Shown one piece after another: positions 29,174 through 42,000 of a stretch of DNA of 64,000 bases (within the stretch, counting starts at the first letter, position 1; every line of letters begins with the position of its first letter). Position numbers and translations under genes: made by a program. Where the stretch lies: the sequence record OP589283.1. One strand, 5' to 3'. Below the pieces are notes generated by a model. That model was not told the DNA's origin and made no database searches. It saw only the letters and a program-made list of their open reading frames with translations.

Positions 29174-29857
29174 ATGAGTAATAAAAACCGTAAAGCGGCT
29201 GAAACGTTCTTATTAACTTTTATGGGTAAGTTAACTAAGGGTGGTTATAACCGAACCGTTTATGAAAACTTATTTAAGCGTCTAGACGATAAACAGTTTG
29301 AAGCTTTTGTTAATACTGTTGCTGAAGGTAATCCACTCAGCATTTGGATTAGTAACTTCGACCCGACTGAAGCACTGGATTGGGGCAATTTAATCCAATT
29401 GTGTGGTGAATACGGTTATGACCCAGAACAACATTTGGTTGTTTATGATGTCGATACAGGGGTAAGAACACTCACTCCAGTTAAATATGTTGCGGGCAAC
29501 GCTGAAGTACGTAAGCAACGTCAGCATTTGTTTAAGAAGTTCGGAGGCGCTAAGGACGATAGCCAGGTTGATGATTTGACAGGCCAGGTAATTAGTACCA
29601 GCCGTTCAGCGGGTTTATCTGCACCAGAAGTAGGGGTGTTGATGGAACTTGGATTAGTAGTTACCACTCACGAACTGTATAACGTGAAAGGTGGTGACGT
29701 TGATGCATTAAAGGCGTATAAAAACGATTTAATTTCAACGGGTAAAACTACTGCCATTGGAAGTTTACGTCAGGGTAGTGGTGTGAAAAGCTTGCGTACA
29801 CTTCAAAGTATTTTCCGAGGTCGTATGCTTGACAACAACTTTGGGAGCAACCAATAA
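29174..29857 (+). CDS. virion RNA polymerase beta subunit, C-terminal part (phiKZ gp149-like)
   Basis: DDLTGQV...GLSAPEVGVLMELGL...ELYNVKGGD matches the bacterial beta C-terminus (TQQP...GEMEVWAL...EMLTVKSDD). Confidence 0.82.
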   Translation: MSNKNRKAAETFLLTFMGKLTKGGYNRTVYENLFKRLDDKQFEAFVNTVAEGNPLSIWISNFDPTEALDWGNLIQLCGEYGYDPEQHLVVYDVDTGVRTLTPVKYVAGNAEVRKQRQHLFKKFGGAKDDSQVDDLTGQVISTSRSAGLSAPEVGVLMELGLVVTTHELYNVKGGDVDALKAYKNDLISTGKTTAIGSLRQGSGVKSLRTLQSIFRGRMLDNNFGSNQ

Positions 29858-30300
29858 TGAGAGATCATCATTTAAGAATAATGCGTTATTCAGCTTTAAA
29901 TGTATTTAGAGTAATAAATACGGTTTTTAAAGCTGATGATTCAACGCTCACTCCACATCATCAGTTATTGCGGTTGCTTTCCAATTTGTTCAAGGTTCCT
30001 ACCATCCGATTCATTGAAGGTTATCAGACCTTTTTAGATGAGTTGAGTAGTAATAACGAAGCGCTGGATAGTTGGTGTAAATTGCTTGGTGTGTTTACTT
30101 CTGAACTTGGGGAAGATGCTAAAGAATTAAGCATCAAAACCATTAAAGATTTATTCGCCACTTTTGCCGAAATGCACCCTTCATTAAGCAACCACTTTAA
30201 AGTGTCAGGTGAGCCTGACATGAGCCAAGTACTTGCTTACATGTTGTGTATTGTCCAGTCTACTGAATTCGATGACTTTAAAGTGGTGAAACATGGCTAG
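29857..30300 (+). CDS. hypothetical protein
   Basis: TAATG coupling to the previous gene. Confidence 0.7.
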   Translation: MRDHHLRIMRYSALNVFRVINTVFKADDSTLTPHHQLLRLLSNLFKVPTIRFIEGYQTFLDELSSNNEALDSWCKLLGVFTSELGEDAKELSIKTIKDLFATFAEMHPSLSNHFKVSGEPDMSQVLAYMLCIVQSTEFDDFKVVKHG

Positions 30301-31033
30301 TAAAAAACTTTTGGCGTATACTGACTTAGACAGCATCTTTGACAGTAGTCGCGGTATCGCTCAAAAACTGATTACACAGCATTTGTCACACTTACCCTTA
30401 AAAGAGCGTATTAAAGAAAGTGATGCTTATTTCCACAAACATTTATTACGTAAATATAAGGAACGCACTTATCATTTATTCAATGCACCGGAATTAGGAA
30501 TTACTCCTGAAATTTTTAATACTGCCTATCTTCATCGTTCTGCTGATGATTTTGATTATTATTATCCTACTCCATTACTGGATGGTATTTTTAAAATCAT
30601 TGTTGGGATAGAGAACAGTAAGAACGGGGGATTTGATGTTGAGGAAATTAATCTCACTGTCAACGTTCACCCGTATGACTTTGATGAGGAACTATTGACT
30701 GAACTGGAAAACCAGATTAAGTTGAAGGTGGGTGGGTACTTCAAAAACATTCATATTGTAAACTTGGATATCGAAGAGAAAACTGCTTCTTATTTCCAAG
30801 GGTATGATTATGTGTTTAAGAAAGATATCATGTTTGGCTGTAAGAAATTTCATCAGTCTCTTGAAAACGTGTATATTCCTAACACACAGCTCATTGTTCC
30901 TATCTTGCATTATAAATACAACGAAGGATTTAAAGGCACCCCAAAAGAAACACTAGAATTATTCAGTGTGACGATGGGGACAGTGATAGGAATCACTCCT
31001 ATTGATAAAAGTCTTTATGACTGTTATTTATAA
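30293..31033 (+). CDS. hypothetical protein
   Basis: Overlapping start; 246 aa. Confidence 0.7.
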   Translation: MASKKLLAYTDLDSIFDSSRGIAQKLITQHLSHLPLKERIKESDAYFHKHLLRKYKERTYHLFNAPELGITPEIFNTAYLHRSADDFDYYYPTPLLDGIFKIIVGIENSKNGGFDVEEINLTVNVHPYDFDEELLTELENQIKLKVGGYFKNIHIVNLDIEEKTASYFQGYDYVFKKDIMFGCKKFHQSLENVYIPNTQLIVPILHYKYNEGFKGTPKETLELFSVTMGTVIGITPIDKSLYDCYL

Positions 31034-31037
31034 TGGC

Positions 31038-31070
31038 TACTCCTACTACTCCAGTGGAGTAGTAGGAGTA
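31038..31070. terminator. hairpin between convergent genes
   Basis: TACTCCTACTACTCC-AGT-GGAGTAGTAGGAGTA. Confidence 0.7.
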
Positions 31071-31081
31071 TTTAGTTAGCA

Positions 31082-31594
31082 TCACGCTACTTTAGTACCA
31101 TTAATATCAACCAATGAATTACCTTGTTCTAATTCAGCGGGAGAGATTGGATTAACCCCCGGCGCATTACCCAACAAACTTTTAGTGGGGTCAAGAAGGA
31201 AACTACCAATATTAAACGTAGGTAATTGAATCTGCCCTGATGAAATTTGTTTCATCGCCTCCATCATTTGGTTAAAGGTCAGCTTATCATCCTCTTTTTC
31301 TTTGGCACGGGCTTTCTCTTTACGGTCATCCCGGACTGTCTTTTCAATCTGGGCTAATAAGCTAGTGATGGACTCCAACATCTTTGGATTGGTTGGATTA
31401 CGTTGATACGCCATCATCGCATAATTTAATAAGACGTACTTATTGTGCTGGACAGCCGTAATCAAGGATTTTTGTTCTGGGTCTTCCTCGTTTTGTTCAA
31501 TTGTATTACGAATCTGTTCTAACGCAGTAATCACTTCCAGCTCTCTAATTTGCTCCGGAGTTGCTGGTGACGGAGTGGATTGTGTTTGTTCCAT
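31082..31594 (-). CDS. hypothetical helical protein
   Basis: 170-aa ORF. Confidence 0.7.
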   Translation of the reverse strand: MEQTQSTPSPATPEQIRELEVITALEQIRNTIEQNEEDPEQKSLITAVQHNKYVLLNYAMMAYQRNPTNPKMLESITSLLAQIEKTVRDDRKEKARAKEKEDDKLTFNQMMEAMKQISSGQIQLPTFNIGSFLLDPTKSLLGNAPGVNPISPAELEQGNSLVDINGTKVA

Positions 31595-31650
31595 AATTTA
31601 TTCAAACCTATATTACTTAAGTAGAAAGAGATAATTAAGGTAGTTCAACT

Positions 31651-32220
31651 ATGCTCAAAAAAATAAGGGCTTATTTTTCCACTAAGCGAAAAAAAGAAAC
31701 GATAGCGAAGTTAATAGAAATAAAAGCCGGTTTCTACAAAGCAAATGCGCAATACACTAATAACCTTAATGAGCTATACAATGTCCTATATAACACTGAA
31801 TTGACGATTACAGACGATTTAGTGTTATTAAGGGGGGTTACTATTGAATCAATGTTTACATCGTCTAAGGAAGCATGTGAGTTCGTTTTAGACGTAGTTG
31901 ATAAGGGAGACGACTACCACAATAATGTATACCTTAACAAATATATTCCAATTAAACAAAATTATTTAGATTGGCGAGTCAACGATTTTACACTTGTTGA
32001 ACTGGCTAAACTTTATAAATTGTTTATTAAATTGTTTTATTTTCATCGCGCCAACAAAGACAACCTTCTGTCTTTGGATGAAGTAAACATTTATAATCGA
32101 TTGACATTTAATCAACTCGATTTTTTCAAATCCATTCACGCATCACGTTTAAGAGATGAAGCGATAAACTTTTATATTTTATTGCTTCAACTGGAGTTAG
32201 GGAGCTACCATGAAGAATGA
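31651..32220 (+). CDS. hypothetical protein
   Basis: 189-aa ORF with AAGG SD. Confidence 0.7.
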   Translation: MLKKIRAYFSTKRKKETIAKLIEIKAGFYKANAQYTNNLNELYNVLYNTELTITDDLVLLRGVTIESMFTSSKEACEFVLDVVDKGDDYHNNVYLNKYIPIKQNYLDWRVNDFTLVELAKLYKLFIKLFYFHRANKDNLLSLDEVNIYNRLTFNQLDFFKSIHASRLRDEAINFYILLLQLELGSYHEE

Positions 32221-32659
32221 GCGAAAAAATAAACCCGATTCTAAAGGAAAAACATTGGCAGATACCATATCTAAGTATGTCAAAGACGAAGATTTATTGG
32301 ATACACCTGCACGGTTATTTCGGGCACTTCAGAATCGTATGAAAATGAATCCAATCATGTGGGCTAAATTACTCCGAGAATATTTAGAGCATTCGATTGT
32401 GATGCGGGACAAAGAGAAAGAGAAGAAAGCGCGTGCTCATCAGGCGGGTAACTATAAAACGGTTTTCTTCAATAATAATACGTTGACATGGAATAAGTTG
32501 CTTGAGGGGGTAAGTATCCTTCAGGCAAAAAAATGTAAGTTCACCATGCAAGTAACGATGATGGATGATACGGTAATTGAAGTATCAGAAGAATGTATCA
32601 TTAAGAACTGCAAAAACTCAGGCGATCCTGTTGAACTTGATGATTTAGATATTAAGTAA
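32210..32659 (+). CDS. hypothetical basic protein
   Basis: GGGAG SD; overlaps the previous stop. Confidence 0.7.
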   Translation: MKNERKNKPDSKGKTLADTISKYVKDEDLLDTPARLFRALQNRMKMNPIMWAKLLREYLEHSIVMRDKEKEKKARAHQAGNYKTVFFNNNTLTWNKLLEGVSILQAKKCKFTMQVTMMDDTVIEVSEECIIKNCKNSGDPVELDDLDIK

Positions 32660-32664
32660 TCTGG

Positions 32665-32696
32665 GTAGGAGTAGAGGCTTCGGCTTCTGCTCCTAC
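32665..32696. terminator. hairpin with C(UUCG)G tetraloop
   Basis: GTAGGAGTAGAGGC-TTCG-GCTTCTGCTCCTAC, including G-U pairs. Confidence 0.7.
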
Positions 32697-32716
32697 TTTA
32701 CTGTAAGGATTTTTTT

Positions 32717-33949
32717 ATGGGTACAGCATACGGTGCGGGTAATCAAGGCACATTAGACAGCATTAAAGAACGGTTAGATAACGCTAAAAAATTAGGGAGT
32801 ACGTCAGTAAGTAGTTACGAAGTCTCTGTTGAAGAAACACAATCAAAAGGGATAGCCATCATTACCCCGGATGATGTGAGTGCTGAATCCGCGATTGGAA
32901 GTTACAAAGAGACTGTCGTTGAACAAATGGACAGCAAGGTAGGTAACGCCGCAGGAGGTATTTTAAACGCAGTTACGGCACCTGGAAAAGATACACTTAA
33001 CCGTATTCAAAATGATGATGCGAGTGTGGTCGATGACTTATTTAGTAAAGTTGACCAATATAAGAACGCTCCCAAAGGTTATCAAACAGCGATATTAGAC
33101 GATCTTGCCAATAACGTTAACAACGCTGACCTCGGAATGGAAGGAACCTATTCAGCAACGTTAAAGGAATTAGGTACTCGTAACTTTGGTAGTGGAAGCG
33201 GTGGGTTTAAGAATAACCTTGTTGAGAACATTAACTCTGCCTTTAAACTGGCTACTGGTGACAACAGTACCAAGTTACTTTTAAGTAACGGTTCAGGTGA
33301 AAATCCAGTATCCCTACAACTCAGCTCTTTATTGTTAAAAGGGGGTGGTGATAAACTCTTAAACGTAGTCAGTGATTATACTGGTTTTAGTTTAAGTAAT
33401 GTTGCACAGAAGAACGCCATTGTTAGCACACTTCTTGGTAAAGTAATCGATTTAGGGGTAAAGGAGTTAATCGACCCTTTAATCAATAAACTGCTCTTTG
33501 GTGCTGAACGAGATGAAGCGTTATTATGGAATGCAAGTGGTGCAATTTCCGGTGGGGACATTCGTACTTTAAACAAAATTATTGAAGCCCTTAGTGACGA
33601 TCAAGCCAGAAAGAATCTGTACCGCACTTACCCTATGGCGGTAGCAGATATTTTACGAGCATTTCGTTTTCGTTACGAAGATAAAGAAAAGGATTATCCA
33701 TATTTAAAATCCCTTATGTTGGATATCTTTGTAAAGTTCGGCGGAACAAACTGGATGTATCATCCTGATTATCTCACTGAGAAGTATGTTAATTTAACCT
33801 ACACTTCTGTTTCTCCTGATGCAATTACTTTGTTGATGGACATTCCAGAAGTTGCGCCTATCATTCAGTGTAATAATTTATTTGCTATTATTCCTGCTAA
33901 AATGGTTTTCTTACGCGACTTCAGCAATGTGCCTATTGTAGACTATTAA
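32717..33949 (+). CDS. putative virion structural protein (410 aa)
   Basis: AAGGA SD; located beside the tail gene cluster. Confidence 0.7.
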   Translation: MGTAYGAGNQGTLDSIKERLDNAKKLGSTSVSSYEVSVEETQSKGIAIITPDDVSAESAIGSYKETVVEQMDSKVGNAAGGILNAVTAPGKDTLNRIQNDDASVVDDLFSKVDQYKNAPKGYQTAILDDLANNVNNADLGMEGTYSATLKELGTRNFGSGSGGFKNNLVENINSAFKLATGDNSTKLLLSNGSGENPVSLQLSSLLLKGGGDKLLNVVSDYTGFSLSNVAQKNAIVSTLLGKVIDLGVKELIDPLINKLLFGAERDEALLWNASGAISGGDIRTLNKIIEALSDDQARKNLYRTYPMAVADILRAFRFRYEDKEKDYPYLKSLMLDIFVKFGGTNWMYHPDYLTEKYVNLTYTSVSPDAITLLMDIPEVAPIIQCNNLFAIIPAKMVFLRDFSNVPIVDY

Positions 33950-33957
33950 CCCCACTA

Positions 33958-33995
33958 TACTCCTCCAGTATCCCATTTGGGATACTGGAGGAGTA
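33958..33995. terminator. 17-bp perfect hairpin between convergent genes
   Basis: TACTCCTCCAGTATCCC-ATTT-GGGATACTGGAGGAGTA. Confidence 0.7.
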
Positions 33996-33997
33996 GA

Positions 33998-36022
33998 CTA
34001 TCTTGCCATTTGTTTGTGGAAAATACGGAATACGTCTGACACAATACTATCACTTACTTTAGCAGCGATGTTTTGCGCACTAAATGTTTGTGTGATATTG
34101 AGTTTAGCGGAAGTTAAACGTTGGTTTAAGATACGGTATTTCAAGACGGTGTCTAAATAGTCTACCGCAGTTAATCGACTCAAATAGTTGTTATATCCAT
34201 GAGTATCGTTTAACATCCGTTTAACATAGTGAGCAGGGTCACTTAAATCAAATAATCCACCCCCACGCATAATAGGAACACTGACCATAGGGTCTAAGTC
34301 CACAATATTGAGTCGTATCCGAATGTTTAATGGTTTACGGTCTTTTGTCCAACCTGCATCCCCCATACCAAATTCGAAGTCAGCAGACTCCACCATTCCT
34401 GTACGAATAAACGTTTTTCCCTTAGAGAATGCTGAAACCATCAAAGGAGCACTGTGAGAACTCGCACCTGTACTTGCACCTGCTACTAGCGGGAGTATCA
34501 TTGCAAACAACGCCCAAATTTTAACAATCTGTTCGTAAGGGTGAGCGTAAGTACAGTGACTTTCAATGGTAAACGCTTCTCGATGTAAACTGGTGCTAAA
34601 GGATTCCCAATGTTTCGGTAATCGAATATACGAGTTATTGGCAAGTGCTAACGGGATGTTACCAATAATGGAACCTGATAACGCACCGTTAATCATATCC
34701 ACGCCAATATTCTTAATAGCGTCAATAGGGTCAAAACCAGTGTTCATTCCACCAGTAGCAAATTTAAGTTGGTTAATCGTTTGGGTCAATCCATTAAACT
34801 TGTCTTCTAATGGTGAGCTGGTTGCACTGTTGCTAAAGCTATCACTCACCGAACTTTTGTCGTTGTCAATTCTAAATGTAATACCGTTTAACCCACCATG
34901 GAAAGCAGCGGTTAACATTGATTTAACATCGTTATACCAACCTCCCTTGTCTTGTTTATAAGCATCATTAAACTTCTCATCAGGAATTTTTTCGTTTGCT
35001 GCTTGAGAATCGTCGACAATTTGTTGGTTAGCTTTAGCACGGTAGTATGCTGAAGCTTTCTCCGTGTTTTTAGCTTCTTCTTCTGTAGACCCCCGAATCT
35101 TACTTACCGCATTGATTTCCATCTCCGCAAGCTCATGAGCATGCTGCCCTTGAATTTGTGGTATAGTCATTTCAAGGTTTTCGATGATACTTTGAATAGC
35201 GGCATCTTTTTCAGAAACAGTTGTAATAGCTTGGTTGTCATCCAGTTTGGATACCTGGTCAAGCATGTAAGCGTATTTACGCGCACCCTTTTGAGATAGT
35301 TTCAATAAGTCCAGTGTGCCGTCTGGGTTTACACAACCAGGAAATAACGTATGAAGACGACTCATCTCTGTTGCAAGCTTGGTTTTGTCACCGGGTAACA
35401 TACCGTGAAGCATGTTGTAACTACTGTTTTCACGAATAGGTAACACAGGGATGATGTAACCTAGCTTTACCATGATGTCGTTTAATACACCCTGAGCAAT
35501 CATCATGTGATGACCTGTTGCTCTTTTTAAGTTATAAAAACTGGAGTTAGGGGTATCAAATAAAAACTGTAAGAACGTTACACTAATACTTACTAATTGG
35601 AAAGGCCAGAACGCAATTGAAGCTGCACCCTGTGCCAAATAAAAAGCGACTCCCGGTGCACGACCTTTGTTAGCAGCTACTGCCGCTTCACCATCAATCA
35701 TGTTTGACACAAAGTCAATCAGACCTGCAAATTCTGGGACACCTGCTACTAACGTTACCGTGGATACGTTGTCGTCGTACATTGACTTGTACATATGACC
35801 CATGCCACCTTCTTCACTCACCATCGCTCGTTTAATACGGGGGTCGGTTGCAGGACTGAATTGGGCAATGGTGTTAAAATAGGTATTGTCCCCAGTAGCG
35901 CTACTGAAGATATTAAATTTGGTTCCCCATTGTAATCTGTCTAATACTTCTTGTGGGTCGGTACCGTGAGAGATTAATCTCAAGGATTTCAAAATAAGAC
36001 TCTTGTCTTTAATTCTCGCCAT
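33998..36022 (-). CDS. putative virion structural (baseplate/tail) protein, 674 aa
   Basis: Directly downstream of the tape-measure-like gene on the same strand. Confidence 0.65.
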   Translation of the reverse strand: MARIKDKSLILKSLRLISHGTDPQEVLDRLQWGTKFNIFSSATGDNTYFNTIAQFSPATDPRIKRAMVSEEGGMGHMYKSMYDDNVSTVTLVAGVPEFAGLIDFVSNMIDGEAAVAANKGRAPGVAFYLAQGAASIAFWPFQLVSISVTFLQFLFDTPNSSFYNLKRATGHHMMIAQGVLNDIMVKLGYIIPVLPIRENSSYNMLHGMLPGDKTKLATEMSRLHTLFPGCVNPDGTLDLLKLSQKGARKYAYMLDQVSKLDDNQAITTVSEKDAAIQSIIENLEMTIPQIQGQHAHELAEMEINAVSKIRGSTEEEAKNTEKASAYYRAKANQQIVDDSQAANEKIPDEKFNDAYKQDKGGWYNDVKSMLTAAFHGGLNGITFRIDNDKSSVSDSFSNSATSSPLEDKFNGLTQTINQLKFATGGMNTGFDPIDAIKNIGVDMINGALSGSIIGNIPLALANNSYIRLPKHWESFSTSLHREAFTIESHCTYAHPYEQIVKIWALFAMILPLVAGASTGASSHSAPLMVSAFSKGKTFIRTGMVESADFEFGMGDAGWTKDRKPLNIRIRLNIVDLDPMVSVPIMRGGGLFDLSDPAHYVKRMLNDTHGYNNYLSRLTAVDYLDTVLKYRILNQRLTSAKLNITQTFSAQNIAAKVSDSIVSDVFRIFHKQMAR

Positions 36023-36088
36023 GGTATTTACTCAAGTTAACTGAAAAATAAAGGGAGGGAGCTAACCTCTACCTCCCTCCTTTATTAC

Positions 36089-39000
36089 TTATTTTAACGC
36101 GACTGTCATAGGATCATTTTTTGATTGATTCATTTTCTGCAATTCAACCAAAATATTCGCCAACAGTTTAGAACTATTTGGATCATTAGTGTTGATGCCT
36201 CCCGCTAACAATTTCTTCAGTTCATCGTTGTTGTTAATCACTTGAACTGGAGTAGGTGCCGCAGGAGTCTCTTTAGGTAATGGTGCAAGTGACGCAGGTA
36301 CACCATCAGGCTTAGTTGTACCAGTAGGTTGTGTCGCAACTTGTTTGTTAACAACACTATCATCAGGCGCAGCCACTCCTGCAAACGGAATACTGGATTT
36401 CTGGTATGGTGCTTTCTTTGGAATAGCAGCAGTAGAAACTGTCTCAGCTTTCTTATCTTCATCCTTGTTTTCTGCCGTTAACGTTCCGTCTACTAAACTA
36501 CTTAAGTAATCTTTGTAATAACCAAAACGTTTATCCATATCCGGTAAGTTTGCATTCACCCCTTGTGAAGCAAAAGCAAAGTTATCATTCTCCGTGATTG
36601 TTCGCATCTTTTTGTTGCTAGCAAAATATTCTACGAGAATCTTGGCCATGATATTTGGGTCTTCACTGGCAAGTTTAGGGTTACCCACTAAATCTAATCC
36701 CAGTCTATCCCCAATTGACTTATAGTTGTTCTTACCGGTTAATTGAATGAACCCGCGACCGCGATAGCGCCATCCATCCCCCGGATTAGTGTTACCTAAA
36801 CTAAGTCCTTTTGCACCTCCATAAACCGTGTTAGCCGTAGTCACAGGACCTGCTTTCATTAAGCTACGTGCTTGCTCGATCGTCTTCACTTCACTGAATA
36901 AGTCCACCATCCGTTTAGGGTCGGTGTATTTCAGGTTCTCTGTCGACTTCTTAAATCCACCGGACTCCACGTAAGCGTTTGCTAATACTAACGCAATTTC
37001 ACGTGGGTCGGTAAATCCTCTCGCCAGCATTTCCTTAATAATAAGCTGTTCTGCTAACTCCCTTGGTACACTAATACCTTGGTCGTCTCCTTCGTTAGCT
37101 GTGACACCACCGTAGTCCAACATTTTGGTGTCAGTGTTACCTTTGATGGGTTCAAAATAGGTTTTGGTGTAAGTATTACCACCATACCCACCTGCTAACA
37201 TAAAGTCTTTACGACTCTTCGCATCATTCCCTGTTGTGCGGTTAGACGTGTAAAGAGTTTCTTGTCCCTTTGTGTTGGTTTCAACAATCTTACCTAAATA
37301 AGCTTTCGTGCTTGTCCGTTTTGCTTCCGCAATAGGGTCAATCAAATTAGCACGAGAAGATTTCTCTTCCAACACACTTAAATAAGCAAGAATCTTTTCT
37401 CCCAATTCATCATCGATACCGTCTTTAAATGCACTGTATGATGTCGTTTCAATAACAAGGTTGCGACGTCCTGTTAATGATTTCGTTAGAGTAAGTGCTT
37501 TTGCAATTTTGTACTTAGCGGTCGCAGATAGTTTCGTCCAGTTTTTACCTGGGGCACCTGTACCGTACTCATTGTAATAACTCATGTACCCTAAGAATGC
37601 AGGTAAGAATCGACTGTTGAACCAGTTAATCCATGTTCCACGATTTGAGACGTTATTACCAAACACACTGGAAACTTCGCTGTAAACATCAATAGGTGTT
37701 TTTGAGAAGGTGACTTCTTGCCCATTGATGGAAACGTACTTCTCACAGTAACGTTCTAAATACAGTACAGCTTCCACCTCGCTTTGATTAATTAACGATA
37801 CCCCATACATCCCAACTCGTAATGCGACAAATGGGTCTAGTGTACCATCTTCAGGCATCAAATCAGTAACGGATAAATCATTACCACTCTTAAACTTAAC
37901 CACCGCTTCGTTATTAAGGAATTTCAGTTTTTGTTCAACATCCTGTAATTCTCTTAAGTTAGCAGTGCGTTCAAAATAGTTTTTACCGTTAAAGTTATCA
38001 TCCCTAGCGATTTGTTTTAACTCATCGCGTTTAGCTTCTAATGACGCCTTAGATTCCATTTTTAACTGTGTTGTTACATCAGTCTTTAACGCATCACCTA
38101 ACAACTCTTTCCAATCTTCAAAAAGATTATCGGTAAAGGTTGTGGTATTATCCAAGTTAATCAGTAAGGTATCTTTATCAATACGTGGGGTGACGTCGTA
38201 GACATTAGGGGTGATACCGTTGATTGCACGTTGAACGTCTTTAGCGATACGATAACGAATAATATCTTCGTCACTGTCATAAGCTTCCATGCCTTTAACG
38301 TCTAAAGCCTGCATGGTTCCACAGTAATTCAGGAACACAGGTTTAAACCGGTAAGTAAACCAAGATAAGAACGCTTCTACTTCTTTACCATCTTTTGGAT
38401 TTTGTAAGAAAAGTCTTAGCATCCCTTCCACATCAGCTTGTTCTGATAAACTTGCAGATGTACCTTTAATGACAACATATTCTTCTAAGAAACGTTCTAA
38501 GTTGAATACCCGAGCAGCAAGGTCACTTTGGGAATCAGCAACACCATACTGTGCCATACGAATTTGAGCAGGAAGTTTTGGTTTATCAAAATGTTTATAA
38601 GCTTTGTATGCGCCGTAACCAACCGCACCTACGGCCGCTGCACCGATTACCACAGGCCAAGATAACAATCCTGCAATACCAGCCGCTGCACTGCTTAATA
38701 AACCACCTACACTGTAACCACCTAATCCTAACACAGAGTTTGCCATACCCCATGTACCTGCTACCCCTAATGCGGTAGACGCTACACCAGAGACGTCATC
38801 AACAAGACCACCTTCTTCCACTATACCAGAAGACACTAAAGCACTGGTGCCATAACTTAATGCTGCGCCAGCCCCTAACAGTTTACCTCCTTTAAGGAAA
38901 CGAGAAACGGCTTTACCTTTATTACCCGCTTTTACTTTTTCTCGCTTGGCTTTTTCTTTGTCAGCTTTATTTTGTTTGCGTTGTTCTGGAGTTAGGTCTT

Positions 39001-42000
39001 TATCTCCCCCAAAATCAGGAATCCAACTTCCTCCTAACGCCCCCACAATTGCTGCGATACCACTAACCAATGTTCCACCAATAGATAGAATACCAGTAGC
39101 GATTTTGGGTAACAATCCACTGATTAATCCAAAGCCAGAAGTCAATAAACTGAGTAAGCCTCCTTTCTTCTCCTCCTTCTTCTCTTTGTCTTTACCTAAC
39201 CCTCTGACCATGTCTAAGAAGGAACGACGATACTCCTTCTCTTCTTTCTCCTCTTTTTCTTGTTTCAAATCTTCAAAAGAGTTTTCACGGACAAATGGCT
39301 TCCCGTCTTTATCAGTGGTTGGTGTTTCACCCTTCGCTTTCTTACGGCGTTGTTTACTAATAGGGTCTACCGTTCCCTCTTTACTCTTATCAGACGACAC
39401 GGGAGGAGTCACCCCAGCGGTTCCGGGTTCAGCAGGCATTGGTTCCCCTGTTACAGGGTCGTTAAAACGAGGTGGGGTTTTGCTGTACTTCCAGTGTGCC
39501 ATCAATAAGTCATAGATGCGGTCTACCGAAGACACCACTGGGGTTAAGTCAGTAGTAAACGCATTCTTTGTCATTTCTTTAGCGCGGTTCATTGCAGGAT
39601 TAAAACGTTCCTTCATAATCCCGAACTTTTCACCTAACCATTTACTGACTTTTCCAAGAGTTGATTTGGTAGTATCTAAACTTACCCCAAAGATATTGCA
39701 TAATCCATTATCGTAATCTGTTTGGGTAATAAGAGGTTCCATATCACGGTCATAGACAGGACCTTTAATATCCGACCATGAAGTAACTGGGTTACCATTC
39801 TCATCAAAGTACCAACCTTCTTGGAAACCTTTCCGTGTTAATACTGGGGTACGGCTTACTCCGGTATCTGTTTTCAGATACACCGCAGATTGTTTAACTC
39901 TTGTGACCGCTGCATCTTTTAACTTAGTTAAACGATTTAAAGGGTCTAACCATCTAAACGCTCTAAAAAGTAAATCCTTACCTTTGTTTAATCCTGCCAA
40001 CAGAATAGGTTTACCTTTACTCGTCCACAGCTTCTTACTTAATTGATAAGCAGAAGCAACCAATGCACCGGTTTTAGTGACAACGGCACCAATGATTTCT
40101 TTCCAAGACGTTAATACCTTTTTAGCTACCGCACAATAGTACTCACCCCGTTTCAGACGTTCTGCTTCCAGTAACGGAGATTCCGCACCTTCTTCATAAA
40201 TGTCTTCGTCGTCATACACACCACGTGCTTGTGCCTTCTCATGGAACTTCATGTATCCCACAGTAAGCGCACTCACCCCACCAATTAACATCGCCATTTT
40301 GGGATCATGGAATGCGGTGGCTGCTAAGCCCCCTAATAAGCCGCCTAAGATGAGTGGGTCATGTTTAAGTATCTTATCCATCCCACCAGAGAATAATCCA
40401 CTACCGAAGCCCTTGATGCGTTCTAGGATACCTTGCTTCTGAACTTCTGCTTCATCTTTCTCTTGCTTCTCTTTACGACTCACAATTGTTTTAGTGGTGA
40501 TACCTTCTTTTGCTACTCGTTCAAGTAGTGCTTTCATGTCAGCCGTATTTTTAGCAACATCAGCAATACCAGAATTGATTTTCGCTAAAGTAGGTTCAAG
40601 ATTCTTTAACCCACCCAAATCAAATTTACTGAAATCCAACTTCTTAATGTTTTCATTAAGTTCGCGGAAGACGGTGTAATCGATAGCAGTAGGTTGTTCG
40701 GTGTCTTGATTAGCCTTAGGAGTTTGCAGTGAATTAAATCCACCGTTATTGAAATTAGATTTACTTTTTGATTCTGCTTTCTCCATCGTCTTAGACAATG
40801 GGTCATTACCTTTGGCATATTCCTCAATCAAACGCCAACGGAGTTCATTATCAAATGTATCATCTTCTTTCAAAATACCTGCACGACGTAAAGCATCGGT
40901 ATTACCCGCAGCTTTCATTTCGTCAAAACGGTCTGCAATGCTTTGTGCACTTTGTCCAAGGTAGTTGTAAGACTCGCTCACCTCGTTTAAGCGTTTAATG
41001 TCTTTGATACCAGCAAGCGCTTCAAGCACACTACCTAAATTACCACTTTTGAATTTGTCGATATCATCTTGGGTTAATCCCCATTGAGAGATCATCAACT
41101 GCCGTACTTTCTCAGCTTCGGCTTTAGTAAACCCTTCCCCTTCTAATTCCAAATAGCTGTAAGGGCTGAACGCTAATCCTTTATCTTGATTACGTGCAAC
41201 TAAGGCAGCTAATTTCCCACGAAGTGTTTTATCATTAGTTAACACACCATCTTTATCTAACTTATCCACAACGCGTAAAGAAGAATCAGCATAGCTACCT
41301 ACTTCATTTTTAGCAAACACACGAGACATAACAGAACTGTCACGTTCTTTCTGCCCTATGAATCGGGCTTTAACAATGTCGTAGTGTTCGGCTTTTAAAG
41401 AATTGTTACCCGTGCGGATTTTTTCTAAGCTTAGGTTAATGTTGGCTAGATGAGCTGGAATCACTTCGTTCAATGTCAAATCATTACGTAGAGACCATTT
41501 TGCAGGATTAGCTAAATCAGCATGACGGCGAAGTTTGTTGGTGATACGTGTACCAGAAGAGTTGTATAAATCCTCTGTTAGACGATTACCTACATGAGTA
41601 GCACCTGCCTTTATTTTTTCCTGCGTCCACCACACTACTTTATTGAGGGGTTTCTTGCCTTCTTCTTGCATACGTTCTACGTAATCATCGTAAGACAAAT
41701 CTTGTCCTTCGTAATCATCGTAACTAGAAGAATGTTTGGCGGCTAGGTTAACCAACCCTTCAGTGTTACTGGTTAAATAACTTAACCGACCACCCTTGTC
41801 GTCTAACCAAGCGTATTTACCTTTTAACTGTTTATACAGTTTAGGGTTCTTACGGATAAAACTGCGAATACGTTTCTTCGTCCACCCTGATTTAAGAAGT
41901 TTGGGGATTAACGCGTTAACAGCATATTCACCCGCCAGACCGCCCGCAATGTTGAACATGTCTAGTTCCATACCTTCTGACATGGAAGCAGTCATTTCAA

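Noticed and set aside
31082-31594. Small terminase subunit call for this helical protein
   Set aside because: No recognisable motif, and it is far from terL; left as hypothetical.
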